A DNA stretch of 64,000 bases from Candidatus Multivorans sp. (GCA_965224025.1 OZ245033.1:2368001-2432000); one strand, 5' to 3'. Numbered from the stretch's first letter, positions 38,185 through 49,989 are shown. Numbers and translations: made by a program. The notes: generated by a model not told the origin, from the sequence alone.

Positions 38185-41015
38185 GCAATCGCAACCAGAT
38201 GAACCGGACCCTGATCGAAACCGCCCGGGCGATCGCCGCCGAGCAGCCGCCGGCCGATTCCGCCGCCGCGGCGGCGGAGCGGGTGCGCGGCGCCCTCGCC
38301 GCCGCCATGGCGGCCGCCGCGGACCCGAGCGACGCCTCAACAACGACGCAGACCCTGACTTCCTGCGCCGACTACCGGGCGCGGATGCCGGCCCTGGTCG
38401 CGGGCACCCTGCCCGAGGCCCGGCGTCTCCTGGTCGAGGACCACACCCGCGAGTGCATTCCCTGCCGTAAGCACCTGCAGGCCGTGCGCGCGGGCCGCGC
38501 CGTGTCGGACTCGCTGTCCGGGCCGGCGGCGCCGGCGCGGGTCGGCCGCTACTACGCTGCCGCAGCCGCGGTCGTGGCCGTTGCCTCGGCAGGCGTCTGG
38601 ACCTCTCAGCGGGTGCTGCAGCCGCCCCAGGACGGGATCGTCCAGGTCCAGAGCGTCGACGGCCGGATGTTCCTCGCCGGCGCGGGCGCCGGCTCGGACC
38701 TGGTGCCGCTCGAGCCCGGCGACGCGATCGACGGCGGCGACCGGATTCGCACCGGCGCTGGCAGCCGCGCGGTGTTCGAACTCGCCGATGGTTCCCGCGT
38801 CGAAGCCGCGGGGCTCACCGCCTTCCGGGTCGACGCCCGCCGGCGGGGTCACCGCGTCCGGGTCGACCGGGGCAGCGTGATCGTCCAGGCGGCGAAGCAG
38901 GTGAACCGGTCGCTGGTCGTGTCGACCCAGGAGATGCTGGTGTCGGTCAAGGGCACGATCTTCGCGGTGACCCACGGCGTCAAGGGTTCTCGCGTGTCGG
39001 TGATCGAAGGTGAGGTCGAGGTCGAGAAGGGCCGCGAGCGGCACAACCTGCTGGCCGGCGATCAACTGCAGAGCCGGACGACGCTGGCGGCGCTGACTCT
39101 CCAGGAAGAGATCGGTTGGAGCCAGGACGCCGACCGCTACGTGGCGTTGCTCGAGGAGTTCAAGTCGCTGCGCAGCGACCTGAACCAGTTGATGGAGGCG
39201 GCCCCGGTCCGCTACTCGACGCGGCTGCTCGACCTGATGCCGAGCGATACGACCGCGTACCTGGCGATGCCGAACGCCTCGGCGACGCTGAGCGACATGT
39301 ACGAGTTGGTCCGTTCGCGGATGGACTCGAGCCAGTTGCTCGCCGAGTGGTGGGCGGAGGTCGAGGCGTCGGGCGTGGTCGACACGATCGACGACCTGGT
39401 GGGGAACCTGGGCGAACTCGGCGACGCGATGGGCGACGAGACCGTCGTGGCCTTTGCGCGCGGCGCCGGCGACGAGGAGTTCACGCCGCTGGTGGTGACC
39501 GATGTGACCGACGCCGCGGCCCTGCGTGAAGCGCTCGAGGAGCACATCGAGGATCTCCTGGAGGGGGGCGACGAAGATCCGATCCGCATTCTCGACGACC
39601 TCGACTCGGCGACCGAGTCCGACGGCGAACTCCTGGTCTGGATCGCCGGTGACATCGCCGCGGCCTCGACCTCGCTCGCGACGGTGCGGACCGTGGCCGC
39701 GAATGCGGACGGCGCCACCAACGCCTTCGTGGACTCCCGCCTGCACGGCCGGCTCGCCGAGCGCTACGCCGCCGGCGCGGAGCTGCTCGCTGCGGTCGAC
39801 CTGGCGACGTTCCTTTCCGGCATGGGCGATGGCGACGAGGGCGACGAGGCCGACGACGACGCCGACATGCTCGCGTTCACCGGGCTCGACAAGGTCCAGG
39901 ATATGGTCGTCTCCCGTACCCAGGACGGCGATCGCGCGAACGTCACGGCGACCCTGAGCTTCGACGGCGCCCGCTCCGGCGTCGTCTCGTGGCTGGCCGA
40001 ACCGGGGGCCAACGGGGCCCTGGACTTCTTCTCGCCCGACGCCTCCTTCGTCAGTGCCGGCGTGATCGAGGATCCGTTCACCATCTACGATCAGGTCGTG
40101 GATGCCCTGGAGGATGCAAGCGTGGACGGCGACGAGGCTCTGCACGAGATCGAGGCCGAACTCGGCCTTTCCATTCGCAACGACTTCTTGGTGCATCTCG
40201 GCGGCGAGTACGCGGCCGGCATCGACGGGCCGGTGCTGCCGTCGCCGGCCTGGCTGGCGGTGGCGTCGGTCTACAACGCGGAAGCCCTGCAGAGTTCGAT
40301 CGAGACGCTGGTGGACAAGGCGGCAGAGCTGCTGGCGGAGGCCGAGGAAGACGGCGTCGGCAGCCTGACCCTGGAAGAGCAGGAGTCGAACGGCCGCACC
40401 GTCTACAGCCTTGCGTTCGAACTTGGCGCCAGCGACGACGGCAAGGAGGACGACGACCTCGAGGATGTGCTCGAGAGCCTCTTGGAAACTCCCGAGATCT
40501 TCTACACGTATTTTGATGGGTACATGGTGAGCGCCTCCAACCTGGCAACGATCGACACCGCGATCCGGTACCGCGGCAGTGGCGCGTCGCTCACGGACAG
40601 CCGGCAGTTCATCGAGCTGCTGCCACCGAACGGGTACACGGACTTCTCCGCGATGGTCTACAACCGGCTCTCGGAGACGGCGAGCGAACTGTTCGAGCTG
40701 CTGCCGACCGATGTCGTGGACGACGATCGGCAGGCCGTTGTCCAGGCGATCGAGGAGTCGCTCAGCAGCCAGGGGCCGTCGCTCTACACGGTGTACGCGG
40801 GCCGCAGCGAGATCGTCGTGACCTCGAGCGGTCCGAGCCTGCTCGCCTTCTCGGGGTTGGGTCAGGTCCTCGGCCTCGGCGCTTTCCTGCAAGGATTGGA
40901 GTTGATGGAAGAGGCTGGCGAACCGGCGACCGCGCCGGCGCCGGCGACGGACTCGCGGGTTGTCGCCGACCGATTGGAGCCGGTCGATCAACTACTGCTG
41001 AGGCCGGCCGCTTGA
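38181..41015 (+). CDS. Anti-sigma factor: zinc site, TM, FecR domain, large acidic extracytoplasmic domain
   Basis: HTRECIPC (HxxxCxxC), [33 protein letters not shown]. Confidence 0.8.
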   Translation: MSNRNQMNRTLIETARAIAAEQPPADSAAAAAERVRGALAAAMAAAADPSDASTTTQTLTSCADYRARMPALVAGTLPEARRLLVEDHTRECIPCRKHLQAVRAGRAVSDSLSGPAAPARVGRYYAAAAAVVAVASAGVWTSQRVLQPPQDGIVQVQSVDGRMFLAGAGAGSDLVPLEPGDAIDGGDRIRTGAGSRAVFELADGSRVEAAGLTAFRVDARRRGHRVRVDRGSVIVQAAKQVNRSLVVSTQEMLVSVKGTIFAVTHGVKGSRVSVIEGEVEVEKGRERHNLLAGDQLQSRTTLAALTLQEEIGWSQDADRYVALLEEFKSLRSDLNQLMEAAPVRYSTRLLDLMPSDTTAYLAMPNASATLSDMYELVRSRMDSSQLLAEWWAEVEASGVVDTIDDLVGNLGELGDAMGDETVVAFARGAGDEEFTPLVVTDVTDAAALREALEEHIEDLLEGGDEDPIRILDDLDSATESDGELLVWIAGDIAAASTSLATVRTVAANADGATNAFVDSRLHGRLAERYAAGAELLAAVDLATFLSGMGDGDEGDEADDDADMLAFTGLDKVQDMVVSRTQDGDRANVTATLSFDGARSGVVSWLAEPGANGALDFFSPDASFVSAGVIEDPFTIYDQVVDALEDASVDGDEALHEIEAELGLSIRNDFLVHLGGEYAAGIDGPVLPSPAWLAVASVYNAEALQSSIETLVDKAAELLAEAEEDGVGSLTLEEQESNGRTVYSLAFELGASDDGKEDDDLEDVLESLLETPEIFYTYFDGYMVSASNLATIDTAIRYRGSGASLTDSRQFIELLPPNGYTDFSAMVYNRLSETASELFELLPTDVVDDDRQAVVQAIEESLSSQGPSLYTVYAGRSEIVVTSSGPSLLAFSGLGQVLGLGAFLQGLELMEEAGEPATAPAPATDSRVVADRLEPVDQLLLRPAA

Positions 41016-41971
41016 CGGAGGAAGCCGCCGCGCCGCCGGTCATCGACCTCGAGGCCCTAAGCGTCCGCTTCGGCCGGCACCAGGTCCTGGACGACCTGCG
41101 CGGCGCCTTCTCGGGCCGCGCGATCGGTCTCCTGGGGCCGAACGGCGCCGGCAAGACGACGCTGCTCAACACCCTGCTCGGCTTCTACAGGCCGAGCGCC
41201 GGCACCGCCCGCCTGTTCGGCATGGACATCTCGGCCCAGGGCCGGGAACTGCGGCGCCGGGTCGGCTACATGCCGGAGCGGGACGCCTTCATCGCCGGCA
41301 TCTCCGGCGTCCGCTTCGTGCGCCTGATGGCGGAGCTCTCCGGTCTGCCGCCCGAAGCGGCGCTCGAACGCGCCCATGAGGTCTTCTTCTACGTCGGTCT
41401 GGGCGAGGCCCGCTACCGCAACGTGGAGACCTACTCGCTGGGCATGAAGCAACTGCTCAAGCTGGCGCAGGCGATCGTCCACGGGCCGAGCCTCCTGTTT
41501 CTCGACGAACCCACGAACGGGCTCGATCCGCCGGCCCGCCTCCGGATGCTGCGCCTGATCCGGGAGATCCGGGACTCGGGGAAGGCGAGGGTCGTCGTGT
41601 CGTCGCATCTGCTGCGCGACGTGGAGGAATGCTGCGAGGAGGTGCTGGTGCTCAACCGCGGGCGGATCGCCACATACTGCAATCTGGCGGAGGAACGCCG
41701 CGCCAACCGGCGGTTCCTGGAGCTCGACCTGGCCGCCGAGCGCGAGGGCGCGGGAAGCGGCTTTCGAACCGCGATCGAAGGGCTGGGCTGCGAGGTCGCG
41801 GTGGTGAACCGCCGCCGGATCAAGGCCGTCCTGCCGCCGGGCATCGAGGTGCGCCACATCTACGCCTCGGCGATCGAGCAGGACATCACGATTCGCCGCC
41901 TGGACTACAAGCGCACCTCGCTCGAGGACATCTTCCTCAAGGCGATGGAGGGCGACGATGGCCGTCTATGA
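41012..41971 (+). CDS. ABC transporter ATP-binding protein
   Basis: [28 protein letters not shown]. Confidence 0.93.
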   Translation: MTEEAAAPPVIDLEALSVRFGRHQVLDDLRGAFSGRAIGLLGPNGAGKTTLLNTLLGFYRPSAGTARLFGMDISAQGRELRRRVGYMPERDAFIAGISGVRFVRLMAELSGLPPEAALERAHEVFFYVGLGEARYRNVETYSLGMKQLLKLAQAIVHGPSLLFLDEPTNGLDPPARLRMLRLIREIRDSGKARVVVSSHLLRDVEECCEEVLVLNRGRIATYCNLAEERRANRRFLELDLAAEREGAGSGFRTAIEGLGCEVAVVNRRRIKAVLPPGIEVRHIYASAIEQDITIRRLDYKRTSLEDIFLKAMEGDDGRL

Positions 41972-42830
41972 CCACGGCTACAGGGGCTACAGCGGCCCGT
42001 TGATGCCGGCGCGGAGCCGGTTCCTGGTCATCAGCCGCTACGGCCTGCGCGATGTCTTCGCGTCGCGGTTGTTCCTTGCCTTCTTCGCCTTCTGCTTCGC
42101 CTGGCCGCTTGTGTTGCTGGTCGCCATGTACTTGCGCTACAACGCGGAGGCGCTGGCCCTCATCAACATCAGCGCGACCGACTTGCTGGAGTTCGTCCAG
42201 GTGAACACCTGGTTCTTCCAGAACCTGTTCCTTCGGGCCCAGTTGTCCCTCGCCTTCGTCGTCGTCCTGGTGATCGGGCCGTCCCTGGTGTCGGCGGATC
42301 TCCGCAACCAGGCGATGCCGCTCTATCTCTCGCGCCCGCTGACGCGGACCGACTACGTCCTCGGCAAGCTCGTCGTCCTCGGCGTTCTGGTTTCCGCGAT
42401 TACCTGGGCGCCGGGGTTGCTCCTGTTCGTGATCCAGGCCTCCCTTGGCGGCCGCGAGTGGCTGGTGGAGCACTGGCGGATCGCGCCGTCCCTGGTCGTC
42501 GTGTCGATGGTGTGGACTCTCTGCATGTCGGTGCCCATGCTGGCCATCGCTGCCTGGGTGAAGTGGAAACCCTGGGCGCGAATCGTGTTCATGGGGGCCA
42601 TCCTGATCGGAACTGCCTTTGGCGAGTTCTACAAGCAGTTCTACGACTCCTGGCTGGGCAGCATGGTGGTGGCGTTCGACGTCACGGCGGCGCTCTCGGC
42701 CTCTGTCTTCGGTACCGAAGGGAACGTCCAGATGCCGGACGCGGCCGCCTGGCTGGCGGCCGCCGGGCTGGTGGCGGCGTCGGCGGCGTTGCTGTACCGG
42801 CGCGTACGCGCCTTCGAGGTCGTCTCGTGA
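41958..42830 (+). CDS. ABC-2 type permease
   Basis: [16 protein letters not shown]; multiple TM segments. Confidence 0.85.
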   Translation: MAVYDHGYRGYSGPLMPARSRFLVISRYGLRDVFASRLFLAFFAFCFAWPLVLLVAMYLRYNAEALALINISATDLLEFVQVNTWFFQNLFLRAQLSLAFVVVLVIGPSLVSADLRNQAMPLYLSRPLTRTDYVLGKLVVLGVLVSAITWAPGLLLFVIQASLGGREWLVEHWRIAPSLVVVSMVWTLCMSVPMLAIAAWVKWKPWARIVFMGAILIGTAFGEFYKQFYDSWLGSMVVAFDVTAALSASVFGTEGNVQMPDAAAWLAAAGLVAASAALLYRRVRAFEVVS

Positions 42831-43843
42831 GCCGCAACGTCCTCCTGGGAGCGCGGGCGTCTCGCCCGCATCCGGGGCGCAATGCCCCTGGCGACGACCG
42901 CAACATCGTGCTCCACGATGTCTCGAAGTTCTACGGCGACGTGCTGGGCGTCAACGGCGTCGACCTGGTGATCGAGCCCGGGATCACCAGCCTCGTGGGG
43001 CCGAACGGTTCCGGCAAGAGCACGCTGATGAACCTGCTCGCAGGCCTGTTGCGGCCGACCCGTGGCGAGATCGGCATTCTCGGGGTGCCGGTCAGCCGGC
43101 CGCAGGATCTGTTCCGGAGCTTCGGCTACTGCACCCAGTACGATTCCTTTCCGCGCGGCGTCACCGGCTGGCAGTTCGTCTTCTCCTACCTGCTGCTGCA
43201 CGGCCTGGACCGCAGCGCGGCGGAGCGCTTCACTGCACAGGCGCTGGAGCGGGTAGGCCTGATCGACTCGGCCCACCGCCGGATCGCGGGTTACAGCAAG
43301 GGCATGCGGCAGCGGATCAAGCTGGCTCAGGCGATCGCGCACAGGCCCCGGGTCATGGTGCTCGACGAACCGCTCAACGGTCTCGATCCGATGGTGCGCG
43401 CCGAGACCATCGAACTGTTCCGTCAACTGGCCGGTGAAGGCCAGCACGTCCTCATCTCGAGTCACATCCTGCACGAGGTCGACCTGCTCTCGGACCGAGT
43501 CATCCTGATCTCGAACGGGTACATCGTGGCGGAAGGCGAAGTGCCCGGGATGCGTGCCGAAGTCGAGGAGGTCCGCGAACAGCCGATGCAGGTGTTCGTG
43601 CGGTGCAATCGTCCCCAGTGGCTCGCCGGCCGCGCCTTCGAACTCGACCACGTCACCGAGGTCCAGCTTCACGACGACGGCGGTGGCCTTCACCTGCGCA
43701 CGCGCGACGCGGACCGCTTTCTGCGTCTGGTCGGTCAACTGGTCGCCGAGGGCGGTGTGGAGGTGGAAGCGGTCGGCCCCGCCGACAGCGACCTGCAGGC
43801 CGTCTACCGCTACCTCATGGTCGAAGAGGACGAACCGTCATGA
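42827..43843 (+). CDS. ABC transporter ATP-binding protein
   Basis: [26 protein letters not shown]. Confidence 0.92.
   Translation: MSRNVLLGARASRPHPGRNAPGDDRNIVLHDVSKFYGDVLGVNGVDLVIEPGITSLVGPNGSGKSTLMNLLAGLLRPTRGEIGILGVPVSRPQDLFRSFGYCTQYDSFPRGVTGWQFVFSYLLLHGLDRSAAERFTAQALERVGLIDSAHRRIAGYSKGMRQRIKLAQAIAHRPRVMVLDEPLNGLDPMVRAETIELFRQLAGEGQHVLISSHILHEVDLLSDRVILISNGYIVAEGEVPGMRAEVEEVREQPMQVFVRCNRPQWLAGRAFELDHVTEVQLHDDGGGLHLRTRDADRFLRLVGQLVAEGGVEVEAVGPADSDLQAVYRYLMVEEDEPS
42844..42875 (+). repeat. REP-like module C in the ATPase N-terminus
   Basis: CCTGGGAGCGCGGGCGTCTCGCCCGCATCCGG; encodes [11 protein letters not shown]. Confidence 0.75.
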
Positions 43844-44694
43844 CCGTGGTTCCCGGGGCCGCCGCTTCCCAGGGCTTCGACTGGGCACTGCTAGGCCGGC
43901 AGGTCGGCGGACTGGTGCGCCTCGAACTGCGCCGGCTGCTGATGACCCGCCGGGCTGTGATCCTGGGGCTTGCAGCGCTGGTGCCGGTGGGGATCGTCCT
44001 GCTGGTCGGCTCGATTCCCATCGGCGGGGAGACGGTGCTGGAACGGTTTGGCAACCGAATGGTCTACGAGACCATCTTCGAGACCGTCCTCCTCGGCGCG
44101 ATCCTGTTCTTCGGTTGCCTGTACGTGTTCTTCAATCTGTTCCGCGGTGAGATCCTCGAGCGCAGCCTGCACTACCTGTTGCTGACGCCGATCCGCCGCG
44201 AAGTGGTGGTGGTGGCGAAGTACGTCGCCGCGGTAGCCGCCGTGGCGTTGTTGTTCATGGCCAGCACGGTCCTCAGCTACCTGTTGATCTACATGCCGGT
44301 GGGTGTCTCGGGAGCCGTCGAGGATCTGACAGCCGGCCCGGGCGGCGCGCATCTCGTCGCCTACCTCGGCGTCACCCTGCTTGCGTGCATCGGCTACGGC
44401 TCTCTGTTCACGCTGATCGGCATGGTGTTCCGGAACCCGATCATCCCGGCCGGCGCCCTCTACCTGTGGGAGATGCTTCACTTTCTGCTGCCGCCGGCGC
44501 TCAAGAGACTCAGCGTGATCCACTACCTGAAGGGCCTGCTGCCGGTGCCCCTCTCCGACGGCCCGTTCGCCGTGGTGGTCGAACCGCCGCCGGTGGCCGT
44601 CTCCGTCCTCGGCCTGCTCGCCCTGACCGCGGTCGTGCTTGCGGTGACCGCCCTGATCATCCGGCGCATGGAGATCCGGTACACCGAGGACTAG
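43840..44694 (+). CDS. ABC-2 type permease
   Basis: [17 protein letters not shown]; multiple TM segments. Confidence 0.85.
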   Translation: MTVVPGAAASQGFDWALLGRQVGGLVRLELRRLLMTRRAVILGLAALVPVGIVLLVGSIPIGGETVLERFGNRMVYETIFETVLLGAILFFGCLYVFFNLFRGEILERSLHYLLLTPIRREVVVVAKYVAAVAAVALLFMASTVLSYLLIYMPVGVSGAVEDLTAGPGGAHLVAYLGVTLLACIGYGSLFTLIGMVFRNPIIPAGALYLWEMLHFLLPPALKRLSVIHYLKGLLPVPLSDGPFAVVVEPPPVAVSVLGLLALTAVVLAVTALIIRRMEIRYTED

Positions 44695-44702
44695 CGATCC
44701 AG

Positions 44703-44760
44703 TCCGTGCGTCCGTCATCGGGCGCACGGATGGCACGCGGGCATCCTGCCCGCATCCGGG
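44703..44760 (+). repeat. REP-like modules B+C, intergenic
   Basis: TCCGTGCGTCCGTCATCGGGCGCACGGATGGCACGCGGGCATCCTGCCCGCATCCGGG. Confidence 0.8.
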
Positions 44761-44810
44761 CGACGCCGCGAAGCGGCGAGCCGAATCGCCGCATCTGAGA
44801 GCATAGGCCC

Positions 44811-45236
44811 ATGGCCACCATCGACGTCGGCGGCCTCGCGATCCCTGCAGCAGCGCTCACCTTCAAGTTCGTCCGCTCCTCCGGACCGGGCGGTCAGAAC
44901 GTGAACAAGGTCGCGACGGCCGCGCAGTGCCGCCTCGACCTCGACGCGGCCGGCATCGAAGGCCCGTTGCGCCAGCGCCTGGAGGGCGTGGCTGGCAAGC
45001 GCCTCACCGTCGCGGGCGAGATCGTCGTGTCCGCCGATACCCACCGCACCCAGGCGCGCAATCGAGCCGAGGCGCTTTCGCGGCTCTCGGCGATGATCGA
45101 AGAGGCCCGCGCCGAGCCTCGTCCGCGCCGGCCGACGCGGCCCTCCGCCCGCGCCAAGGCGAAGAGACTTTCGGACAAGCGTCGGCGCGGCGAGACGAAG
45201 CAACGCCGCGGCCCGGTCGATGCGGGTCACGAATAG
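44811..45236 (+). CDS. arfB: Alternative ribosome rescue peptidyl-tRNA hydrolase
   Basis: RSSGPGGQNVNKV, RTQARNR, basic tail RRPTRPS. Confidence 0.93.
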   Translation: MATIDVGGLAIPAAALTFKFVRSSGPGGQNVNKVATAAQCRLDLDAAGIEGPLRQRLEGVAGKRLTVAGEIVVSADTHRTQARNRAEALSRLSAMIEEARAEPRPRRPTRPSARAKAKRLSDKRRRGETKQRRGPVDAGHE

Positions 45237-45246
45237 CATCGTCCGG

Positions 45247-45278
45247 CCTGGGAACGCGGGCATCCTGCCCGCACCCGG
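45247..45278 (+). repeat. REP-like module C, intergenic
   Basis: CCTGGGAACGCGGGCATCCTGCCCGCACCCGG. Confidence 0.8.
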
Positions 45279-45308
45279 CGCATAGCGCCGGTCCGGTTGG
45301 AGGTGGCG

Positions 45309-45707
45309 CTACCGGAGCGCCTTCCGGCACGAGACGGTCGTGAACCGCCCGCGGTCCTCGGTCTCCAGATCGATCTCGATGTCCTGGCCGCGAGTCAGCT
45401 CATCCCACACCGCATGGTCGCGTTGAGGGCAGGCGATCTCGGCGGTCATTCGGTCTCGCTGGCGGCCGGTCATGTTCATCAGGTCGCCGGCGAACTCGGG
45501 GATCACCTGAATCCGGTGAATGAGACGGTCCACCCGTTCCAGTTCTCGGCCTACCCACACCCGGTTCCAGCCCGGACGCAACCGTGTGGGTGGAAAGTCC
45601 TGGCCGTGGCGGTAGACCAGATCGGCGCTGACGTGTGGCGCCGTGTTGCAGGCCGCGGGCAATAGCGCGGCGACGAGCAGCGGCGGCAGCAGAAGCAAGC
45701 GGCGCAT
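45309..45707 (-). CDS. Putative lipoprotein
   Basis: MRRLLLLPPLLVAALLPAAC lipobox-like signal. Confidence 0.6.
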   Translation of the reverse strand: MRRLLLLPPLLVAALLPAACNTAPHVSADLVYRHGQDFPPTRLRPGWNRVWVGRELERVDRLIHRIQVIPEFAGDLMNMTGRQRDRMTAEIACPQRDHAVWDELTRGQDIEIDLETEDRGRFTTVSCRKALR

Positions 45708-45751
45708 CACGGCGGAGAAACTACCGCACTCTGCGGGAACGCGACAGTGCA

Positions 45752-45853
45752 CCCCTGGGAACCCGGGGTGGCGCGGTTCGCGCCACCCGTGAACCATTCC
45801 GTGCGCCCTTCACCGGGCGCGCGGATGGAACGTGGGCGTCTCGCCCGCATCCG
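45752..45853 (+). repeat. REP-like composite A+B+C, intergenic
   Basis: Same three hairpins as the hisD insertion, with stem substitutions. Confidence 0.8.
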
Positions 45854-45894
45854 CCCGCGGTGCGTCGCTACGGTCCGAAGCTATGCTTCCGCCG

Positions 45895-47235
45895 ATGAAA
45901 TCGACAGCCCTCTTCGCGGCGTTTACCCTCACGCTCGCGGCGCCGGTCGTCCACGCCGACGACTGGCCGCAGTGGCGCGGCGCCGAACGCCGCGGCGTCT
46001 GGCACGAGGACGGCATCCTCGACCGCTTCCCCGAGGGCAGCCTGCGCTTCGTCTGGCGAGCGCCGATCGGCCCGGGCTACGGCGGCCCGGCGGTCGCCGC
46101 CGGTCGCGTCTTCGCGACCGACTTCGAGCGCTTGCCCGGGAACCGCGGTCGTGAGCGCCTCGTCGTGCTCGAGGAGACCACCGGGAAGCAACTCTGGGCG
46201 CACTCCTGGGAGACCGACCTCGCCGGTCTCATGCCCGCCTACTCGAACGGCCCGCGCGCCACGCCGACCGTCGACGGCGACCGCGTCTACGTGCTCGGTT
46301 CGGCCGGTTACCTGGCGGCGCTGGCGGTGGAGGACGGCCGGGTGCTCTGGCGGCACGACCTCGCCCTGGACTACGGTGCGGCCGTGCAGCCGTGGGGCTT
46401 CGTCGGGGCGCCGCTGGCCGATGGCCGCCAGATCATCACCCTGGTCGGCGGCGAGCCCGACGCCATGGTCGTGGCCTTCGACCGCGATTCGGGCGAAGAA
46501 CGCTGGCGATCGATGGAGGCACTCAACGAGCCCGGCTACAACCCGCCCGTGATCTACGAGTTGGGCGGCCGGCGGCACCTCATCATCTGGCACCCGAAGG
46601 GCATCGCCGGCCTCGACCCCGGCGGCGGCGAAGTGTTCTGGCAGTTCCCCTACGAGGTGGAGTACGGGCAGACCATCGCGACCCCGATCCAGGCGGGGAA
46701 CCAACTCCTCGTGTCATCCGCGTCGCACGGCTCGACCCTGATCGAGGTCGCCGAGGCGGGCGGCGTTTCTGGATCGAGCAAGCCGCAAGCCAGGATCGTC
46801 TGGAAGGGGAAGAGCTCCAGCAAGGCGGATGTCGACGGCCTGCACGCCTTCAACTCGACCCCTGCCTTCGACGGCGACATGATCTACGGCATCGGCGGCC
46901 TGGGCGCCCTGCGCGCCCTCGACCGCGCCACCGGCAAGGAGGTCTGGGCGACCTTCGAGCCCAGCGAGGACGCCCGCATCGCCACCGCGTTCCTGGTCAG
47001 GAACGGCGACCGCTACTTCATCAGCAACGACCGCGGCGAACTGATGATCGCCCGCCTGAGCCGCGACGGCTACCACGAGATCGACCGTACTCAGCTCATC
47101 GAACCGACCACGCCGAGCAGGCGCGTCCGCCGCGAACTGGGCAAGCTGCTCTGGGTCCACCCCGCCTACGCCAACGGCCACATCGTGCATCGGAACGACC
47201 AGGAGATCGTCCGCGCGTCGCTCCTGGCCGAGTAG
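45895..47235 (+). CDS. Exported PQQ-like beta-propeller repeat protein
   Basis: Signal peptide, ADDWPQWRG, GPRATPTVDGDRVY, TGKEVW repeats. Confidence 0.88.
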   Translation: MKSTALFAAFTLTLAAPVVHADDWPQWRGAERRGVWHEDGILDRFPEGSLRFVWRAPIGPGYGGPAVAAGRVFATDFERLPGNRGRERLVVLEETTGKQLWAHSWETDLAGLMPAYSNGPRATPTVDGDRVYVLGSAGYLAALAVEDGRVLWRHDLALDYGAAVQPWGFVGAPLADGRQIITLVGGEPDAMVVAFDRDSGEERWRSMEALNEPGYNPPVIYELGGRRHLIIWHPKGIAGLDPGGGEVFWQFPYEVEYGQTIATPIQAGNQLLVSSASHGSTLIEVAEAGGVSGSSKPQARIVWKGKSSSKADVDGLHAFNSTPAFDGDMIYGIGGLGALRALDRATGKEVWATFEPSEDARIATAFLVRNGDRYFISNDRGELMIARLSRDGYHEIDRTQLIEPTTPSRRVRRELGKLLWVHPAYANGHIVHRNDQEIVRASLLAE

Positions 47236-47275
47236 GCGCTCCCTCCGCCACTGGGAGGGGCGGGGCGCCGAAGAG

Positions 47276-47323
47276 GAAGGAGCGAGGCCGGCGCCTCGCG
47301 CGGTGTTTCTCGGAAAGCCGGCC
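47276..47323 (+). repeat. Dispersed repeat family B, copy 2
   Basis: 44/48 identical to 32370-32417. Confidence 0.75.
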
Positions 47324-47361
47324 TCCGGCCGGCATCCGGGCCGAGCCGCGAAGCGGCGAGG

Positions 47362-48147
47362 CTACGCCTTCGGCCCGGCGCCCACTTCCCCCGTCACGCC
47401 CACCGACCCAGCATCCACCACCACCGCAGCCTCCCGCCGCCTCCGCCGGGCACGAGACACCGCCAAGGTCACCAATCCCACCACCAACGCCACCACAGGC
47501 ATCAGCGGAGTCACAGTGGTCATGAGCGACTCGGGCGCCTCCTCGATCTGGTTCAACCCGTCCCGGGCGAAGTGCAGAAAGAAGATCGACGTAACCGGCA
47601 CGCTGAACCAGGGGTCGCGAAGAGTGGCTTCGACCGGCGATTCCGGCTCGCCCGCCTGCTGCGCCTCGTCCGCCTTGTCCGCGTCGTCGCCGTCTGAGCG
47701 CTTCTTGGAGGCAGCGCCGCCAGTCAGACCGAACGCCATGGCAAGCGTCGCGATCCCCAGCGCCGCCAGGAACCACACGGCGCGGTCCGTTGCCGGCGGC
47801 TCGGCGACCAGGTCCATGACGAACTGCGAGAAGAGGATGAACACGCAGAAGATCGCGGAAACCTGATACCAGGGATCGGTGAACAGCGTCGACTCGTGCC
47901 AGACAGGGCTTGTACGCGGCGCGGCTTCCTCTCCTGCTGGTTCGCTGTGGATACGTCGCAGGAGGAACGCCAGTGTCGCGACCGCCGCCGTTGCAAGAGC
48001 GACCGCGTACGCCATGGAGACGGGCGACGTGCGCAGCGCCTCGATGCTCAACAGACCGGCGTCCTCGCCGGTGAAGAGGAGGCCCATCAGCACGAGGAAC
48101 CGGGCCGACGGCTTGGACTCGTCGTGCTTCTTCTTATCTGCGGTCAC
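47362..48147 (-). CDS. Membrane protein with repeated helical-hairpin units
   Basis: Three pairs of hydrophobic segments; DPWY/DPWF repeats; GTGA-coupled to the RDD gene. Confidence 0.55.
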   Translation of the reverse strand: MTADKKKHDESKPSARFLVLMGLLFTGEDAGLLSIEALRTSPVSMAYAVALATAAVATLAFLLRRIHSEPAGEEAAPRTSPVWHESTLFTDPWYQVSAIFCVFILFSQFVMDLVAEPPATDRAVWFLAALGIATLAMAFGLTGGAASKKRSDGDDADKADEAQQAGEPESPVEATLRDPWFSVPVTSIFFLHFARDGLNQIEEAPESLMTTVTPLMPVVALVVGLVTLAVSRARRRRREAAVVVDAGSVGVTGEVGAGPKA

Positions 48148-48593
48148 CGCTCCAACACCAACGTCCGGGCGACCTTGTCGTGGAGGCACTGCCTCTTGTC
48201 CGTGAAGAGGTTCATGACGTAGCCCAACTGGAACGTGAAGAAGCAAAGATACTCGGCGAAGTGGCGGCCTGTTGCGTGGCCGAAACTGATTCGATTCCCT
48301 TCCAGGTCAGTCACGTTGATGCCAACCAGCATCTTCCCGAGCGTGGCCTGTCTATGCGACGACTCCATCACTGCGGTGTACAGCCAGACGGTCAGAACCA
48401 CGACAACCGAAGAGGCGGCATACGCGGGCGTTGTCCGAGGCGGCTCTGGCGGGAACGGGTCTCCGAGAAGCAGGAAATCGACCGCGATGAAGAAGGCCCA
48501 GAGAACCAGACCGTCGATCAGTTGAGCCACGACCCGAATCCAGAACCCCGCGTAAGTCACCCACCGAGTACCGATCTGGCCTGGGTCACCCAT
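48144..48593 (-). CDS. RDD family protein
   Basis: YAGFWIRVVAQLID, QATLGKMLVGI, KRQCLHDKVARTLV. Confidence 0.92.
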   Translation of the reverse strand: MGDPGQIGTRWVTYAGFWIRVVAQLIDGLVLWAFFIAVDFLLLGDPFPPEPPRTTPAYAASSVVVVLTVWLYTAVMESSHRQATLGKMLVGINVTDLEGNRISFGHATGRHFAEYLCFFTFQLGYVMNLFTDKRQCLHDKVARTLVLER

Positions 48594-48799
48594 TCGTCCG
48601 CCTTCATCGAGCCATCAGTCGTTGTCGCTGGTCAGACTACTCTATTCGTCGCTGCGCCGGCGCCTCCGCACCGTGCTCAAGGCGGAGAGCGCTCCGATGA
48701 GGGGCAGGATCACGAGGAGCATGGCGAACCGGGACGGACGACCGGGACTCGTCTGACAGTCTTCACGAGGGAGGTTGTGACGTTGACTCCAAGGCTGCG

Positions 48800-49257
48800 T
48801 CAGTACTCTCGGGGCGACCCCCGAAACACCTGCTCACGGTGCCAATCGATGAAGTCGGTGTCGGGGCGCTGCTCGGCGCGCTGTGGGTGCCGGATCGGCC
48901 GACCGCTGCAGTCCAGGAGTTGCCGGAAGGCTCGGCTCTGGCCGTTCACCGCATCCGACACAAGCAGCCGGAAGCCATTGGCCGCACGCTCGAGACCGAT
49001 CGCGCCGCGGTCGAAGGTCCGGTGGTGAAGGATGCAGAGCGCCAGCCCGTTGCGCACGTCGTCAGGTCCGCCGGCGGCATGCCAGCGGATGTGGGCCGCG
49101 TCGAGCCCCACCAGGTCGTCCTCGATCCTGATATCGAAGTCGCACACGGCACACCGCCGCTCGTAGGCGGTGAGAACAGCGTGGCGAAAGTTGGGGTCGC
49201 GGGGCGTTCGTGCTCCTGACGAAACGCCCCTTTCGGCAGGTCCGGTAGCCGCTGTGC
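48800..49257 (-). pseudogene. HNH endonuclease C-terminal fragment
   Basis: RDPNFRHAVLTAYERRCAVC, DAAHIRWH, NGLALCILHHRTFDRG, WHREQVF; no N-terminal domain or start. Confidence 0.75.
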
Positions 49258-49989
49258 CTACGCCCGCCGGCAGACGAACAGTTCGTACTCGCGCGGTTCG
49301 ATCTCCGAGTGATCGCAGTCCACGGCCTCTGCCTCGAAACCGACGTCGGCCAGGAGACGGAGCCACTCGGCGCGGCGGAAGAGACCGGTGATGTGGCGAT
49401 CATGCACGACCTCGACGCTGCCGTCCTCGGAGCGCAGCACGAAGGCGTAGTCGGTGGTGATCGTTGTGTCCGTGGGGTCAGGGTCCCAGCAACACTCGAG
49501 GTAGTGGGCGCTGCGGTCCTCACCGTCGCAGCCGCCGCAGTCGGTCCTGGGCCGGTAGTTCTCGCGCAGGTGGTCGGGAGCGAAGAGGGCGGCGCCGCCG
49601 GGACGGCAGTGGACGTAGGCGGTCTCGATGGCGGCGCGCAGGTCGTCGATGGTCGTCATGTAGTCGATCGCGTCGTGGACGAAGACGCAGTCGAACGTCC
49701 GGTCGAGGCGGATCGTCCGCATGTCGCCCTCGACGTGCCGGCACTCGGGGTTGAGTTGCCGGCTCATCGCCAGCATCCCGGGTGACAGGTCGACCAGGGT
49801 CATCTCGAAGTGCGCCTTGAGGTGGGAGGCGTTGTGGCCGCCGCCGCTGCCGAGTTCGAGGGCGGTGCGGGGGGTGCTGGCAGAGGCTTCGAGGAGATGG
49901 CGGCGGTAGATTCCGGCTTCCTCTTCGTACTCGTGGGGCGGCGAGATGAGGGGCCACCAGGGAGCGATTTCGGCGTAGAGCTTGGGCAT
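49258..49989 (-). CDS. Class I SAM-dependent methyltransferase
   Basis: LELGSGGG, VDLSPGML, GDMR, HDAIDYM. Confidence 0.9.
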   Translation of the reverse strand: MPKLYAEIAPWWPLISPPHEYEEEAGIYRRHLLEASASTPRTALELGSGGGHNASHLKAHFEMTLVDLSPGMLAMSRQLNPECRHVEGDMRTIRLDRTFDCVFVHDAIDYMTTIDDLRAAIETAYVHCRPGGAALFAPDHLRENYRPRTDCGGCDGEDRSAHYLECCWDPDPTDTTITTDYAFVLRSEDGSVEVVHDRHITGLFRRAEWLRLLADVGFEAEAVDCDHSEIEPREYELFVCRRA

